Of a stretch of DNA of 64,000 nt, positions 45,749 to 58,810 are shown piece by piece. Both the position numbers and the translations under genes were made by a program. Each line of letters begins with the position of its first letter. Within the stretch, counting starts at the first letter, position 1. The notes under the pieces are model-generated. The model was not told the DNA's origin, made no database searches, and saw only the letters and a list, made by a program, of their open reading frames with translations. Source of the stretch: Octopus sinensis (taxonomy: Eukaryota); NCBI RefSeq assembly GCF_006345805.1, contig NC_043006.1, positions 66,712,001 to 66,776,000 on the forward strand, in the 5' to 3' direction.

Positions 45749-47527
45749 AAATTAAGACAATACTCACAATCTACGGGTTTCAATCACTTTAACAAGATGA
45801 TCTAGTCATGCCGAAGTAAAAGTTAAAAATAAACTTAAATATAATTAAATTAATCTTTCATTATATTATTTCTGAATGCTTACATTTATTCTTAACACGA
45901 TTGCAATGTGCCGCATTACGTTTCTCCTAATTACCCATGGCACCATCGGCAAGTTTTTCCTAACACTTCCAGCCTAGCCAATGCATTGGTATTCGATTAT
46001 TGCTGTTGCTTTCGTTACTATTGATAATGAAGTTTTCGCTATTCGTGCTGATGTTAATGGCTTTGTTGTTGCTGTCGCTATATTTGTTTCTGTTTCTGCT
46101 ACAGCTAATGTTGATGTTACTTCTTTTTAGATTCTGAATTTGATGGACGAAACCGGTGCTGACGCCATATTTGTGTACATATATATATATGCATTTTCCT
46201 GTCTACCTGTTTCTTTGTCAATCTTTATTTGAAAAGCGATGTCTGTGTTTATGTCCCATAATTTATAGTTCGCTAGCAATAAATCGATAAATTATGTACT
46301 TGATAAAAAATGAAAAATATTCTGCGGTAAATATAAATAACTACAACCATTCAAGACGGCACTCCAGAATGGCCACAGCCAAATCACTGAAATAAATGAC
46401 AAAGTAAAATAGCAATTGCAGAAGATGGAGCACATACAAATATAAAGAAATAAATTTCATTGATTTCAAGTGATTAACAGTATTGTACAAAATTCCCAAT
46501 AGATGCCTGCGACATCTATTGGGAATTTTGAAATAGATCAAAAGATATTTTATATATGAAGACAAGAACGATAATATTTCAGACATTTTGTTTAGGAGAG
46601 AGCCTCAATGGAACTCTATATCAATCTTTTCAGATATACAAAGATTACAACGATCATCACCCTTAGCGTAAATCTTGTTATTTTAATATCTTCTAAATCA
46701 GTTTAATGTTTCTGTTATGGTGTGTTATATCGAGATGATGATCTCATTACTAAATGCAATATGAATTAGAGATAGATTCAAAACCGTTAGACGGTTTCAG
46801 AAAAATACTTTTTCAAAGTTTGTTTGAAGATTAGTCACCAGTACTTACTATACATAACATTTACCTGCATTTCAGTACTTAAACACATGTTCACAAAGCA
46901 AGGGATACCAAAGGGGAAAATCAAATGAAAACTTATAGAAAACAATGCTTTTATTCATTCTATACATTAGTCTATTCATAAAAATGACAATAAACACTCG
47001 TTCTGTGATTTTTCTGATGCAGCCTTCAACAATGTTACCGCTTCCATCATTCTTATTGTATACAATGTTTAAAATAATGGCAGTGGAATTTTCCATGAAT
47101 TGGGGAGAAATCTATTTGATAGTTTTCACATATAGACTAATCAAATACTGTTGGAGGTATGCATATTTACCAGTGATATACGGTGGTAGTTTCTTGTAGT
47201 CCGGTCGAGAGTTGTTTACCTAAGGTATGATTACAGTGACCAGATATATGCGCTGTATATTCCCGCACACTTCCCCCCTCCATACACACCACCACCACTA
47301 CATACACTCGACGTTGCCTGAACAGGTTTACGTTGTGCCATGAGTCAGGTGTGGAAGTGATCGCAGAGCAACGCGAGATGAGGTATTTTGCTCAAAAATG
47401 CAAACATCGACTTGGTCCAGAAACTGAAACCCCGATCATGCAAGCGTCAGTGGAAGGCCCTACGACTATGCTGGGGCACAGACGAGCACACGTACACACA
47501 CACACACACACACACATACATACATAC

Positions 47528-47559
<32 letters not shown>

Positions 47560-47631
47560 GTGTGTATACACACATATATGCATATGTATGTATATATATA
47601 TATATATAATATATATATATAGACACATATA

Positions 47632-47697
<66 letters not shown>

Positions 47698-47872
47698 CAA
47701 TTAAGATTCAAGTCAATTCCAATGAAACTTTTAATAAATCCTGTCTTTGTATGAAACAATTGTACTAAAAACTAATCCATTCTTGTTGCTTCTTTCTCGT
47801 TTATATATATATATATATATTATATATATATATATATATAATATATATATATATTATATATATATATATATA

Positions 47873-48100
47873 CTAGCTGGACTCGTGAAAAGTTCACGGA
47901 AAATATTAAACAATGAAAGCATCTGTAAATTGTGTGCTGGTGACATGTGAAATGTTTCTATATTTTGACACTTACAGAATGTAAAAAGGGGTCTAAAACC
48001 GATAAGAATATCAATCCAACCAAAATACCTCAGTTACGCAAACGTAAACAAAATTGCTATTTATCATTTAGCCTTAAAATACAATCGTATATATTCAAAG
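47873..48100 (-). mobile_element. Helitron-like 3' end (extent uncertain)
   Basis: On the minus strand, hairpin CGTGAA-ctt-TTCACG then TCCAG-CTAG|T, at the edge of (TA)n. Confidence 0.5.
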
Positions 48101-48134
48101 AACCTTCTTGGTTAAGTGGTACAGAACGGTCTTT

Positions 48135-48399
48135 TGGCATTCTTCTACTTGTTTCAGTCAATTGATGGTGGCCATGATAGAGCACCGCCCTTTGGTCGAA
48201 GAAATCGCACCCCTGGACTTAGTCCCTGTAGGCCTGGGGCATATTCTATCAGTCTCTTCTGCCGAACAGCTAAGTTACGGGTACACAAACACAATAACAT
48301 CTGTTGTCAAACAATGGTGGTGGGGAGACAAACACACACAAACAAACACATAAAAATATTATATGTATATATATATACTATATATATATATATATATAG

Positions 48400-48488
<89 letters not shown>

Positions 48489-48545
48489 CGGAAGTCTTTC
48501 AGTTTCACTCAGGCTTGGTCGGCTCAAGGCTGTAGTAGAAGGCAC
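48135..48545 (-). mobile_element. SINE B (partial)
   Basis: GGCCATGATAGAGCACCGCC..TGTTGTCAAAC..(TA)n..GACGGAAGTCTTTCAGTTTC. Confidence 0.75.
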
Positions 48546-49059
48546 TCTTTAAAGTATAGAGTTGAATTTCGTGTAGTCACCTATTGGCAACTCCCCCCCC
48601 CATTTTCTAGGGGTTATTATCCATTTTCTGAACTCTTTTCACAGCTATACTCCATTCGAAATTTGCATTTTTTAAATGTGAAAAATAAAGCGGAAGGGAA
48701 AGGACTTGTTTGTAGTTTGAAGGAGAAGCTTTAAACGTGCCTGAAAAACACTTGGTTCTTTCCCCCGACTAAAAGACATGAAGAACTATGAAATAAAGTA
48801 AGTACCCGGGGTGGGGGGAATGAAGAGAGAACTAACAGACGATCTAGAACTCCCAGAATGAAAACGTAAATGTTTGAAAGACTTACCCTGTATTCAATAT
48901 TAAATGTCTTTCCCTCTTCTTCATTGTTAAAAGTAAAGAATCTAGACAAGATCGATATATTCCAATCTAATTATCATTTTAAATGACCTAGGTTTTCCTT
49001 TCGCTCTCTCTATCGCTTCACTCCTTTTCCCTACGTTTAAGAGATTTAATTTTTCGGCA

Positions 49060-49795
49060 GCTCAGTGGTTAGGGGTACTCGGCCCACGATCGTAAATTCA
49101 TGAGTACGATTCCCTGCGGCGTGCTGTGTTTTTGAGCAAGTTACTCTACTTCACCTTACTGCAGTCCACTCAGCTGGTAAAAATGAGGTGTAGCTGTAAG
49201 TCACATTCTGAATTAGGTTGAATCTCTCTGAGAACTACCTTATGATATGCATGTCTGTGGAGTACTCGGCCACTTGCGCGTTAATTTTACGAGAAGACTG
49301 TTCGTTGACTAGATAAACGGGAACCTCGTCGTCGTTACCGACAGAGTGCCATTTTAAAAAGATGAAAGAATAGGAAATGTTCCATATTGTAAGGCTAAAA
49401 TGTCAAAAGTAGTGAAAGCTAAGACGAAATAATTGCTATTCCGTCGTGTATTCACCCTCGACTCAGTGAGATAGCAACAGTCTGCGTATCGGTGTTTATC
49501 TGGAGGCCGCCAGATCTGTGAGACCCACAAATTCCGCTGTTAGGACCGGATAAGCACCCATAGTGACCCTAACGAAATATATTTTCCTGCCCCTATATAG
49601 GGTCTTTTTTTCATTTTATTCCAACCACTTGAAGGTTTATCTTGCTCCAATCCACTCAGCTAGCTGAAATGAGTTGTAGCTGTAATTCAAAGGGGCCAGC
49701 CTTCTCATATTCTGTGTGAGGCTGAATCTCCCTGAGAATTATGTTAATGATATGCATGTCTGTGGAATACTCATCCACTTGTAAGTTAATTTTAT
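49060..49795 (+). mobile_element. Two degenerate SINE C copies (49060-49350, 49630-49795)
   Basis: GCTCAGTGGTTAG head, CAGTCCACTCAGCTGG core, GAATCTCTCTGAGAACTAC..GTTAATTT tail. Confidence 0.65.
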
Positions 49796-50572
49796 CTCCG
49801 TGTGGTAATGAAAAGTGAAAGTGACATCCAATATTTGCTGTGTCTATACATCAGTATTTCTTTCGAACTATGTATCTACTGTCTCTCTCACTTTGTCTCT
49901 TTCTCTTTCACTTCCTTTGTGCCCCTCTTCTCCCACTCTTTTAATTTAGCAATGTATCTACTTTTCTTGCGATATGTTCTTTGTTCTTTTATATGTTTCA
50001 GCCCCAAGGCTGTGGCCATGCTGGAGCCGTCAACACTCACTGTCACTGTCACTCTCTCTCTTTCTCTCTTACTTCGTCTCTGAAACATTTAAAAACACAA
50101 AACGAACGCTGTCACCACTCACTGTCTCATTCACACACACACTCTCTCTCTCTTTCTCTCTTTTTCTCTTACTTCCTCTCTGGCTTACTCTACCTCTCGC
50201 TTTGCCATTTCCTTCTTCCTTTCAAGTAAATGTGACACACACCACAGATACATACAAAAAGAGCAAGCTGGCATATGATTACCATTAATATATTTTATAT
50301 ATATTATTACATAGATATTTACCTTTTAAAGGCATGTTAGCAACCAAGTTCACCGGCTTAGTCTAGGGTATCGGTGAAATACTAAAATGACATTCGATTC
50401 TCATCGATGCAAATAAGTATATTATCATTTATGTATAAGAAAAGAAAATGAAAAAATCGAAAGATAGGCATCAATTTATTAACATGGCTCCAATCTCGAA
50501 CAACCGAAATTGGAATTATGTTAATAAATTGATGTCTATCTGTCGATTTCTCCATTATCTTTTCTTATATAC

Positions 50573-50613
50573 ATATAGTTGAAATATATAGAAAAACAAA
50601 AGACGAAGACTGG
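50573..50613 (-). mobile_element. 3' tail of a split element Y
   Basis: ATATAGTTGAAATATATAGAAAAACAAAAGACGAAGACTGG matches the reverse complement of the end of intact Y (63808-63850). Confidence 0.7.
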
Positions 50614-50761
50614 CACATTATTTACCTTATTTACATTTGACGGATATTTGTCCTCATCTTGTTTGTTGTTAACTCAACATTTCGGCTGATACACCCTTCA
50701 GCTTTCATGAGGTGTCTTGATGAAATTTCGAACCTGGGTTCTCATTCCTAAGGTATTTTTT
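50614..50761 (-). mobile_element. Element X (hammerhead-like short repeat), left copy
   Basis: Reverse complement of 54740-54880. The core is mutated to CUCAUGA..GAAAU-GUU. Confidence 0.75.
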
Positions 50762-50773
50762 ATGTTGTTGTTG

Positions 50774-50821
<48 letters not shown>

Positions 50822-50822
<1 letters not shown>

Positions 50823-53800
50823 GTTTTTTCCTTCTTTCTTCAAATTTTCTTCCGTTTCTCGCCGAGTGTTTTCCATACACCTAGGGCAGAGAAGGACATT
50901 GTATGCATTCCCAGATTACACATGCAAATTCACAGATAAAATATGTATTTAAAAATTGATAAATAAATAAATTCATGGGTGGATGTTATTTTCACAGCGA
51001 TAGCGCTCTTCTCAGTACATGAGCCGTTCCAGCTAATACGATTTTTTGCACTTCCTGTAGGGATGGTAAGCCTGGAATCATTTTCAAATAGGTTTCAGTA
51101 CCTTTTTGTAGCATTCCTAGAGATCCTACAATCACTGGTACTGTAGTCGTCTTGAGATGCCACATTTTTTCAATTTCCATTAGCAGGTCTTTATATTTAC
51201 TAATCTTGTCAAATTCTTTCGCCGCTATATTGTGATCACAGGGAATACTCATGTCAATTAATAAACACATCCTTTTTGTCTGATCTTTTATAATGATATC
51301 CGGTTTATTGGCTTTTATAGTCTTGTCAGTCTGCACGGGGAAGTCCCATAGAATCGACACTTTTTCTCCCTCAGTCACAGCTTCAGGATGATGTTTATAC
51401 TATTTGTCAGCGGTTTTGATTTTATAATGCCGACATATTGTCCAGTGTAAATACTGGCTGACTCTGTCATGTCTTGCTTTATATTCTGCGGGTGCTAAGA
51501 CTCTACACCCTGAGATTAGGTGGTCTATTGTTTCAATCTCATCGTTACAGAATCGGCATTTTGGGTCAGCTCCATTTTTCATCACATTGGCTTGGTAGTT
51601 CCGGGTAAATAAGCTTTGGTTTTGAGCAGCTAATATGAAACCTTCACTCTCTGCTTTTAGCCCTGAACTTCGTAACCATTGGTGCGTGTGTTTCTGGTCG
51701 ACATCAGCTTGTTTCCTACGAGCCACATACTTGCCATGGAGAGGTTTCTGTTCCCATCTGCTAGCTAAATTTTCATGTGCTTTTGTCTTTGCAATTAATT
51801 TTATTTTCTTTGCAGCTGCAGTTGGCGCATTTCCTTCAGCCTGCTCAACCTGGTGGGTGTCTAAGAGATCAGCAGCGAATTTTTTGCTCTCTTTGAGAAT
51901 AGAGTGAAGTTGTTTTAGGTCTTTCCTGTTTTTCAACAAGTTTTAGCATCCAATCGTTGGTTGCTTCAAGGTATTTGGCCAGTCCGATTGTGGTGGTTTT
52001 GTATGTAAGTTCAAGCTGGATCAAACCTCGACCTCCCTGAGCTCTGGGAAGGTAAAGGCGATCCACGTCTGCCTTTGGATGGTGCATCTTATTACAAGTC
52101 AGTAGCTTTCGGATTTTTCTGTCAATTTTCATTATTTCACTGGTATTCCAGTTAAGCACATTGAAGCTATAAAGAACAACTGGTACTACTAAGGAATTTA
52201 TGGCTAAAACCTTATTATATGCATTCAGCTCAGACTTCAGGACTGCTCGAACTCTTCTATAACATTCTTTCCTAACCTTCTCTTTCATGCTTGCATGCTG
52301 GATACCAGAGCCTTCATTTATTTCTAGATATTTATAGCTTTGTTCCTGCTCAAGTTCCTTTATTATTATTTCGACATCTAATTCGATTGAACTAGACTTT
52401 ACCAATTTCCCTTTCTTAAAAGTGGCTTTGCCACACTTTTCAAGGCCAAACTCCATCGCGATATCATCACTGAATCCTTTCACAGTATGTAATAATCCTT
52501 CAAGCTATTCATCATCTTTGCCATATAGCTTTAAGTCATCCATATAAAATAGATGGCTTATTTACTTGTCAATTTTGTAGCCATATTCTGTTCTATTCAG
52601 TTCACTTGAGAGTGGTATTAGTGCTATGCAGAAAATTAGTGGTGAAAGTAAGTCACCTTGGAAAATTCCACAGTTTATGCTAATGTTGTTTGAGTGCAAT
52701 AGTCCATTAGAATGATATAATTGGAGCTTCGTGTTCCATAGAGACATATTATACTTTAAAAAATCTGAAATCACAGGAGAAATTTTGAAAATGTCCAGCG
52801 ATTTCAGAATCCACGAATGTGGTATGCTGTCAAAGGTTTTTTTATAATCAATCCAAGAAGAGCTGAGATTTCTGCGCTTGTTATGGCAGTTCTCAAGGAT
52901 CATGCGATAAATTAGGAGCTGGTCTTTGCATCCGTATGAGCCTCGTCTGCATCCTTTTTGTTCAGTGGGAAAGAGGTTATTCTCTCCCATAAACGTATAC
53001 GTTTTCTCTACTAGAATAGATGTCAAGATCTTATAGGTAGTAGATAAACATGTTATAGGCCGATAGTTTTTTGGGTCTTTCGTTTTATTTTTGGGGAGGA
53101 GGTAAGTAATACCATTTGCCATCCAATGTGGTGTTTTTTTCGGGTCTTTCATAATACTATTAAATAGTATTACTAACATTTTGTGTGCGGACGAGAGTGA
53201 TGAGAGCCAGAAAATTGGTACTCTATCAATACCAGGGGATTTCCACTTATGAGCCTTTGTTAGTGCTTTCCTTAGGTCGGCGATTGAGATGTCTTCCCAT
53301 ACCTGTTCTTGTAGATTTTTGTAGTCATCTACACTCTGCATTTTCATTGTATGGTTTCTCATCACTCTAGATCCCGTTCCAAAAGTTTTCAACTTCTTCC
53401 ATTAGGGGTGGATTTTCAATCGTTATTTTTTCTTTCCCTATTTCCCTGTAAAATGATTTGGCATTGGATTTGAACATCTTATTTTGTTTGTAGAATTTGA
53501 TTCTTTTCTCAAATCTGCGTATTCTCTGAGCTTTTGCTTGAACTTTTTGTTTAAGTGTTTCTTTCGCTGACATTAGTTCTTCTTTTGTTGAATGTCCATA
53601 TTTTCTCACAATCTTCCTGCCTTTTCTTGCTCTTACATCATTTCCAGAGATTAGCTCAGTTAATATTGATATCTCCCTTCGCAATGATTCAATTTCAGTT
53701 TCAATTCTACTCCTCCAGTTTGATTTTCTTTTCGAATTTGGTATTGTTGGCTTATTGGGTGTAAAACAGCGTCTTTCGATTACCTTAGCGACAGAGTAAA

Positions 53801-54655
53801 TAATTTCATTTAATTTATTAAAATCGGGTTTTAGTTGTTGTATGATTTCCTGTGTAACGCAGTTGCCAATTTTTATTTGTGTTTTATGTTGGTGTGCATT
53901 TGAGAGTTTATGGAGTGGTTCCCTATCATTCATAGTTGTATGCCCTACAACTGCAAGCTCATTCAGAACTTCTTGCTTCATTTCAATGATAGATTTTCTG
54001 TGTTATTCAACAAACGTGTGATTTTCAAATTCTGTTTCGACATCATTTTCCGGGCTGTTTTTTCTAGGGTCATATTTTCCTTCTTCAGGATCTTGAGTCG
54101 ATTCGGCAGATGGTCGTCTTTCAGTCAATGCTTGTGGCCCAACATTCCTCTCCTCAGCTTCGTTATTTCTTTCCTGACTTACATTTAGGTCATTCTCTAC
54201 CACTTTTTTAATAAAGGTTAATTCTGCATCTGTGAGTCTGGTATTTCTGAAGATATCTCTTCTAACATTTGCTAATCTGTTTTCATCCAGGTTTGGTCTG
54301 CTAGCTGGATTCCGGCTCCTCCAAATTCTGTAGGAGTTTGCGGTGTGTTTTTCTTGGGTTGGCCTACTTAATGCAAAGTAATAAGCATATATTACTTCTT
54401 TATATTCTTCCCGGTTCCATTTAGTTCTTTTAATTTTGGGGATTTTTTGGTCGTTGTGGCGGTGAACTTTGGGGGCTTAATTTGGGACAAATCCCGTTTA
54501 AGTGGCCTTCCAGGTTCGTATTCGGGGAAGATATTCTGCCATTTGAAAATTTTTCGCCATCAGGCTGGCAGCCTCCTAAGGGGCACGTTTCCTTTATAAC
54601 CATTGGACAAGCGATTCGGTGTACTGTTAGAAATTTTCTTTTCAAGTAAAGTTAA

Positions 54656-54656
<1 letters not shown>
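50822..54656 (-). mobile_element. Full-length R4/Dong-clade non-LTR retrotransposon, inactivated single ORF (RT, zinc knuckle, restriction-like endonuclease)
   Basis: N-terminus KWNREEYKEVIYAYY; RT NYRPITCL, QKGCR, GIFQGDLLSPL, YMDD (52535-52546); CRFC..ETIDHLISGC; RLE NKPDII..LIDMSIP..KISKY. (TAA)n on both sides. At least five in-frame stops plus frameshifts. Confidence 0.9.
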
Positions 54657-54726
<70 letters not shown>

Positions 54727-54739
54727 AACAACGACGACG

Positions 54740-54913
54740 AAAAATACCTTACGAATGAGAACCTAGGTTCGAAATTTCCCCCAAGACACCTGATGAAGGC
54801 TGGAGAGTATATCAGCTAAAACGTTGTGTTAACAACAAACAAGATGTGGACAAATATCCGTCAAATGTAAATAATATACATAACTCCTCATCTCTTAAAT
54901 ATAGAACTGCATT
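54740..54913 (+). mobile_element. Element X, right copy
   Basis: GACAC-CUGAUGA(54790-96)-A-GGCUG..CAGCU-AAAAC-GUU-GUGUU. GAAA is mutated to AAAA, consistent with CpG decay. Confidence 0.75.
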
Positions 54914-55040
54914 ACGAATACTGGTGTATGAACAATAAGCAGGTGTATTAGTTTCACGCTCGGGGAAGTGAAAAAGTATTTTACGTTTCTAGCCTACGCT
55001 CTTCAACAGAAAGGATAAGAGAAAATTAATAGGGAGAATT
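54914..55040 (-). mobile_element. Main part of the split element Y
   Basis: Minus strand CTTT-CTGTTGA-A-GAGC gtag GCTA-GAAAC-GTA. Its continuation is at 50573-50613. Confidence 0.7.
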
Positions 55041-55214
55041 TTAAAAAATACCCGAGGAGATAGTTTCTGACAAGGAAGGATACAAAGCTTAATTTCTGGA
55101 ACGTAGATCACGAAAACATTGTCAAAGTTTAAACTTGAGGTTAGTCTCGCAGAGTCTTGCTGATCCACTTACAAATTGTATTTGTAATGAAGACATTGTT
55201 ATTCTTTTTTTATT

Positions 55215-55476
55215 TATTTATTTCAGTCATTTGACTGCGGCCATGCTGAAGCATCGCCTTTAGTCGAACAAATCGACCACAGGGCTTATTCTTTGTAAGC
55301 CTAGTACTTATTCTATCGGTCACTTGGGCCGAGCCACTAAGTTACGGTGACGCAAACACACCAGCATCAGTTGTTAAGCGATGGGAGGACAAACACAGTC
55401 ACACAAACATGCACACACACACACACACCCTCACCCTCCACAAACACGGATATATATATATATATATATATATATC

Positions 55477-55514
<38 letters not shown>

Positions 55515-55516
55515 AT

Positions 55517-55608
<92 letters not shown>

Positions 55609-55859
55609 TATGTATGTATGTATATATATATGAGGCGAGCTGGCAGATACGTTAGCGCGCCGGGCGAAATAGCGTTATATCGACTGCCGTTAGGTTCTGA
55701 GTTCAAATTCCGCCAAGGTCGACTTTGCCGTTTATCCTTTCGGCGTAGATAAATTAAGTACCAGTTAGGCCTAGTGTCGATGTAATTGACTTAAACCGTT
55801 GTCTGTCCTTGTTTATTCCCTCTATGTTTAGCCCCTTGTGGGCAATAAAGAAATAAGAA

Positions 55860-55921
<62 letters not shown>

Positions 55922-56030
55922 GACGGGCTTCTTTCAGTTTCCGTCTAGCAAATCCACTCACAAGGCTATGGTCGGCCCGAGGCTAGAGCAGAAGACCCTT
56001 GCCCTAGGTGTCACACAGTGGAGAACATGT
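55215..56030 (-). mobile_element. SINE B interrupted by a SINE A (55632-55858, plus strand) in its (TA)n tract
   Basis: B 3' part 55215-55450 and B 5' part 55860-56030 flank a complete family A copy. Confidence 0.8.
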
Positions 56031-56521
56031 GATTATTTTTTCTTTCTGAATATATAAGCTTATCCTAACTGTTAGGCATTTCTTCATAAAACCGAATGCA
56101 CTGAATATTACTCGTATAAATGTAAATTTGTGAAATGGATACAGAAGAGGAAGATTTAGAAGAAGTTATCCATAGTTATACTTTCTCTTTCATTTTCACA
56201 TCAGCAAGAGCTATTCACATCAGCAAGACAACTGGCCTGTATGTACGTATGTTTTTGCATATGCTGTATATATTTGGGTGATAGTCTTCTAAAATGACGG
56301 GATATATTAGAATATAACTCAAAACTTACAGAGAAAATATGTGAATGTATTTTATGGTAACGTTCGCATATGTGAAGAGATATCGCTAGAGCTAATAATG
56401 ATGGAGTGGAAAGAGCTAATTGATCTTTCAGTCTCTATGTAGTAATCACATTCAAATTTCTTGTGGTTTACACGCCCGTATACAATCCTCTCCACACTGT
56501 CTCTCTATTTTTCTCATACAT

Positions 56522-56562
<41 letters not shown>

Positions 56563-56624
56563 CTTACAAACATACATACATACATACATACTCGTGCGCA
56601 CAACCACACACGTTTATGTATATA

Positions 56625-56659
<35 letters not shown>

Positions 56660-56822
56660 GGCAAGCGCACGTGTGGGTGTCAAGTGTACTTTAATATATA
56701 CCATTTTGACAGTGAGCGATTGACAGCTTACGTTTAACTATCGACTTCGATCAAAAACTTATGGCGAAAAAGCTTGTCCGCTTTATATTATCATCAAAAT
56801 AGTACAAGGTTAAACGTTTACA

Positions 56823-56882
<60 letters not shown>

Positions 56883-57609
56883 TACACACACATACACACA
56901 CACATATATATACACAGATACATACGTACTTTTATATACGTATATACATATATACACATATATGCGCGCGCGTACATATACATACGTACACTTATATATG
57001 TATATATGTATATATACATACATGCATACATATGTAGGTATTTATAATGTATAAATGCTTATCTAGCTAAATGTGTATATGTAAATATATATAAAGCTTG
57101 CGTGATAACTGAGCAAAAAAGTGTCATAGTTCTTTGAACGAGGCACGCGAGGACATACATACATACACACAAACACACACACACACGCTTGCATACATAC
57201 ATACATACTACATACATACATACATACATACATACATACATACATACATACATACATACATACATAAACGATTTAAATCATTAAAAACAGAAAAGACATA
57301 CAAACATACACACATATGCAATTAGCGGAAAGGATAAAAATCGTAAGTAGATAAACCCAATTCCAAGATTTTCAAAGAGATTCTTCCCTTCGGAATCATG
57401 GAATCGTTCGTCTGTAAAAAGCGCCAGATTAGGAGACAACGTATATGCACAACACAGAACAGAAAGACGGCTGCAACAAAGAGAAAGACTTAGGACACAT
57501 AATACAGGAGACTTTCGACTTGGTATGGACACAATGAATACCAGCGTAGAAGTGAAATAGATAATAGATATAGATTTTCGTCCAAATACACATGTACATA
57601 CGTAAACGG

Positions 57610-57641
<32 letters not shown>

Positions 57642-57649
57642 AAGTATAT

Positions 57650-57680
<31 letters not shown>

Positions 57681-57874
57681 GTATATATGATTTGCATCCG
57701 TTAGTCTCGAAAGATTATGGATCTGCGCTATGATTTGGATTGGTGTTGAGATGTTACAACTCTAATCCAAACCTAGGCGCAGGTCGTATGTACATACATA
57801 GATACATCATATATACATACATATCAATCATACATACATACATACATGCATACATACATACATACATACATAGT

Positions 57875-58205
57875 AGGTAGGAGCACTCCGTCGGTTACGA
57901 CGACGAGGGTTCCAGTTGATCCGATCAACGGAACAGCTTGCTCGTGAAATTAACGTGCAAGTGGCTGAGCACTCCACAGACACGCGTACCCTTAATGTAG
58001 TTCACCGGGAACTTCAACGTGACACAAATTGTGACAAGGCTGGCCCCTTTGAATTACAGGTACAATTCATTTTTGCCAGCTGAGTGGACTGGAGCAACAT
58101 GAAATAAAGTGTCTTGCTCAAGGACACAACGCGCCGCCGGGAATTGAACTCACGAGCCTACGATCATGAACCGAATGCCCCTAAGAACTTAGACTCGCGC
58201 CTTCA
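57875..58205 (-). mobile_element. SINE C
   Basis: GCACTCCGTCGGTTACGACGACGAGGG..GGGAATTGAACTC. Confidence 0.85.
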
Positions 58206-58329
58206 CACACACATACATACATACATACATACATATATACATACATACATACACACTTACAACGAAGATTGCATACCACATCATAAGCCGTTGTTCAAAA
58301 ATGTCATCACGGTATTATCTACCGATGAG

Positions 58330-58810
58330 GCATGATGTTGTAGTTAGGACACTCTACAACAAGACAAAGAAATAAGAACCCACTGTATGGCAGAAGCCAT
58401 ACCCACTCGTAATAAAAGTGTGTACTGCTGGAATGTACCAGTGCCGACCTCAATGAAATCTAAGCAGAACAGACCTGATATAATGATTTTGGATTAGAAA
58501 AGAGAAACTGTGTTCATTTGTGGAGACTAGCTGTTTAGTTGATGTTAACCTAAACCTGAAGATTAGTGAAAATCGAATACCTACGACGAATTACTGATAA
58601 ATCTACTGTTACTCTATCTAGATTGCAAGTTCAGATATACACCTGTAATTATTGGAGGCCCTTGGATACGTAACACACTGCTTAACTACCAAGCTTGATT
58701 AATTAGGCTTCTCAAAACTACAAAAGAGAAAGGTGATACGAAGTCTACAGATTCAATCTGGAACTGTACAAATCTGTAAAACTTTCCAGAAGTTTATCAT
58801 TTAAATACAT
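58330..58810 (+). mobile_element. Degraded 3' fragment of an RLE-type non-LTR element (different family from 50.8-54.7 kb)
   Basis: WNVPVPTSMKSKQNRPDIMILD..TPVIIG.LG..GTVQICKTFQKF across frameshifts. Confidence 0.6.

Noticed and set aside
46341-47199. Hydrophobic ORFs at 46.3-47.2 kb as a receptor gene
   Set aside because: They are short and on opposing strands, and hydrophobicity is expected from AT-rich DNA. No family motif was found.
54500-54650. HDV-like ribozyme at the 5' end of the Dong LINE (GCC-ugau-GGC-GAA followed by AAAUUUUC complementary to upstream GAAAAUUU)
   Set aside because: The distance between the putative P2 strand and P4 is far too long, and no P1/P3/L3 could be built.
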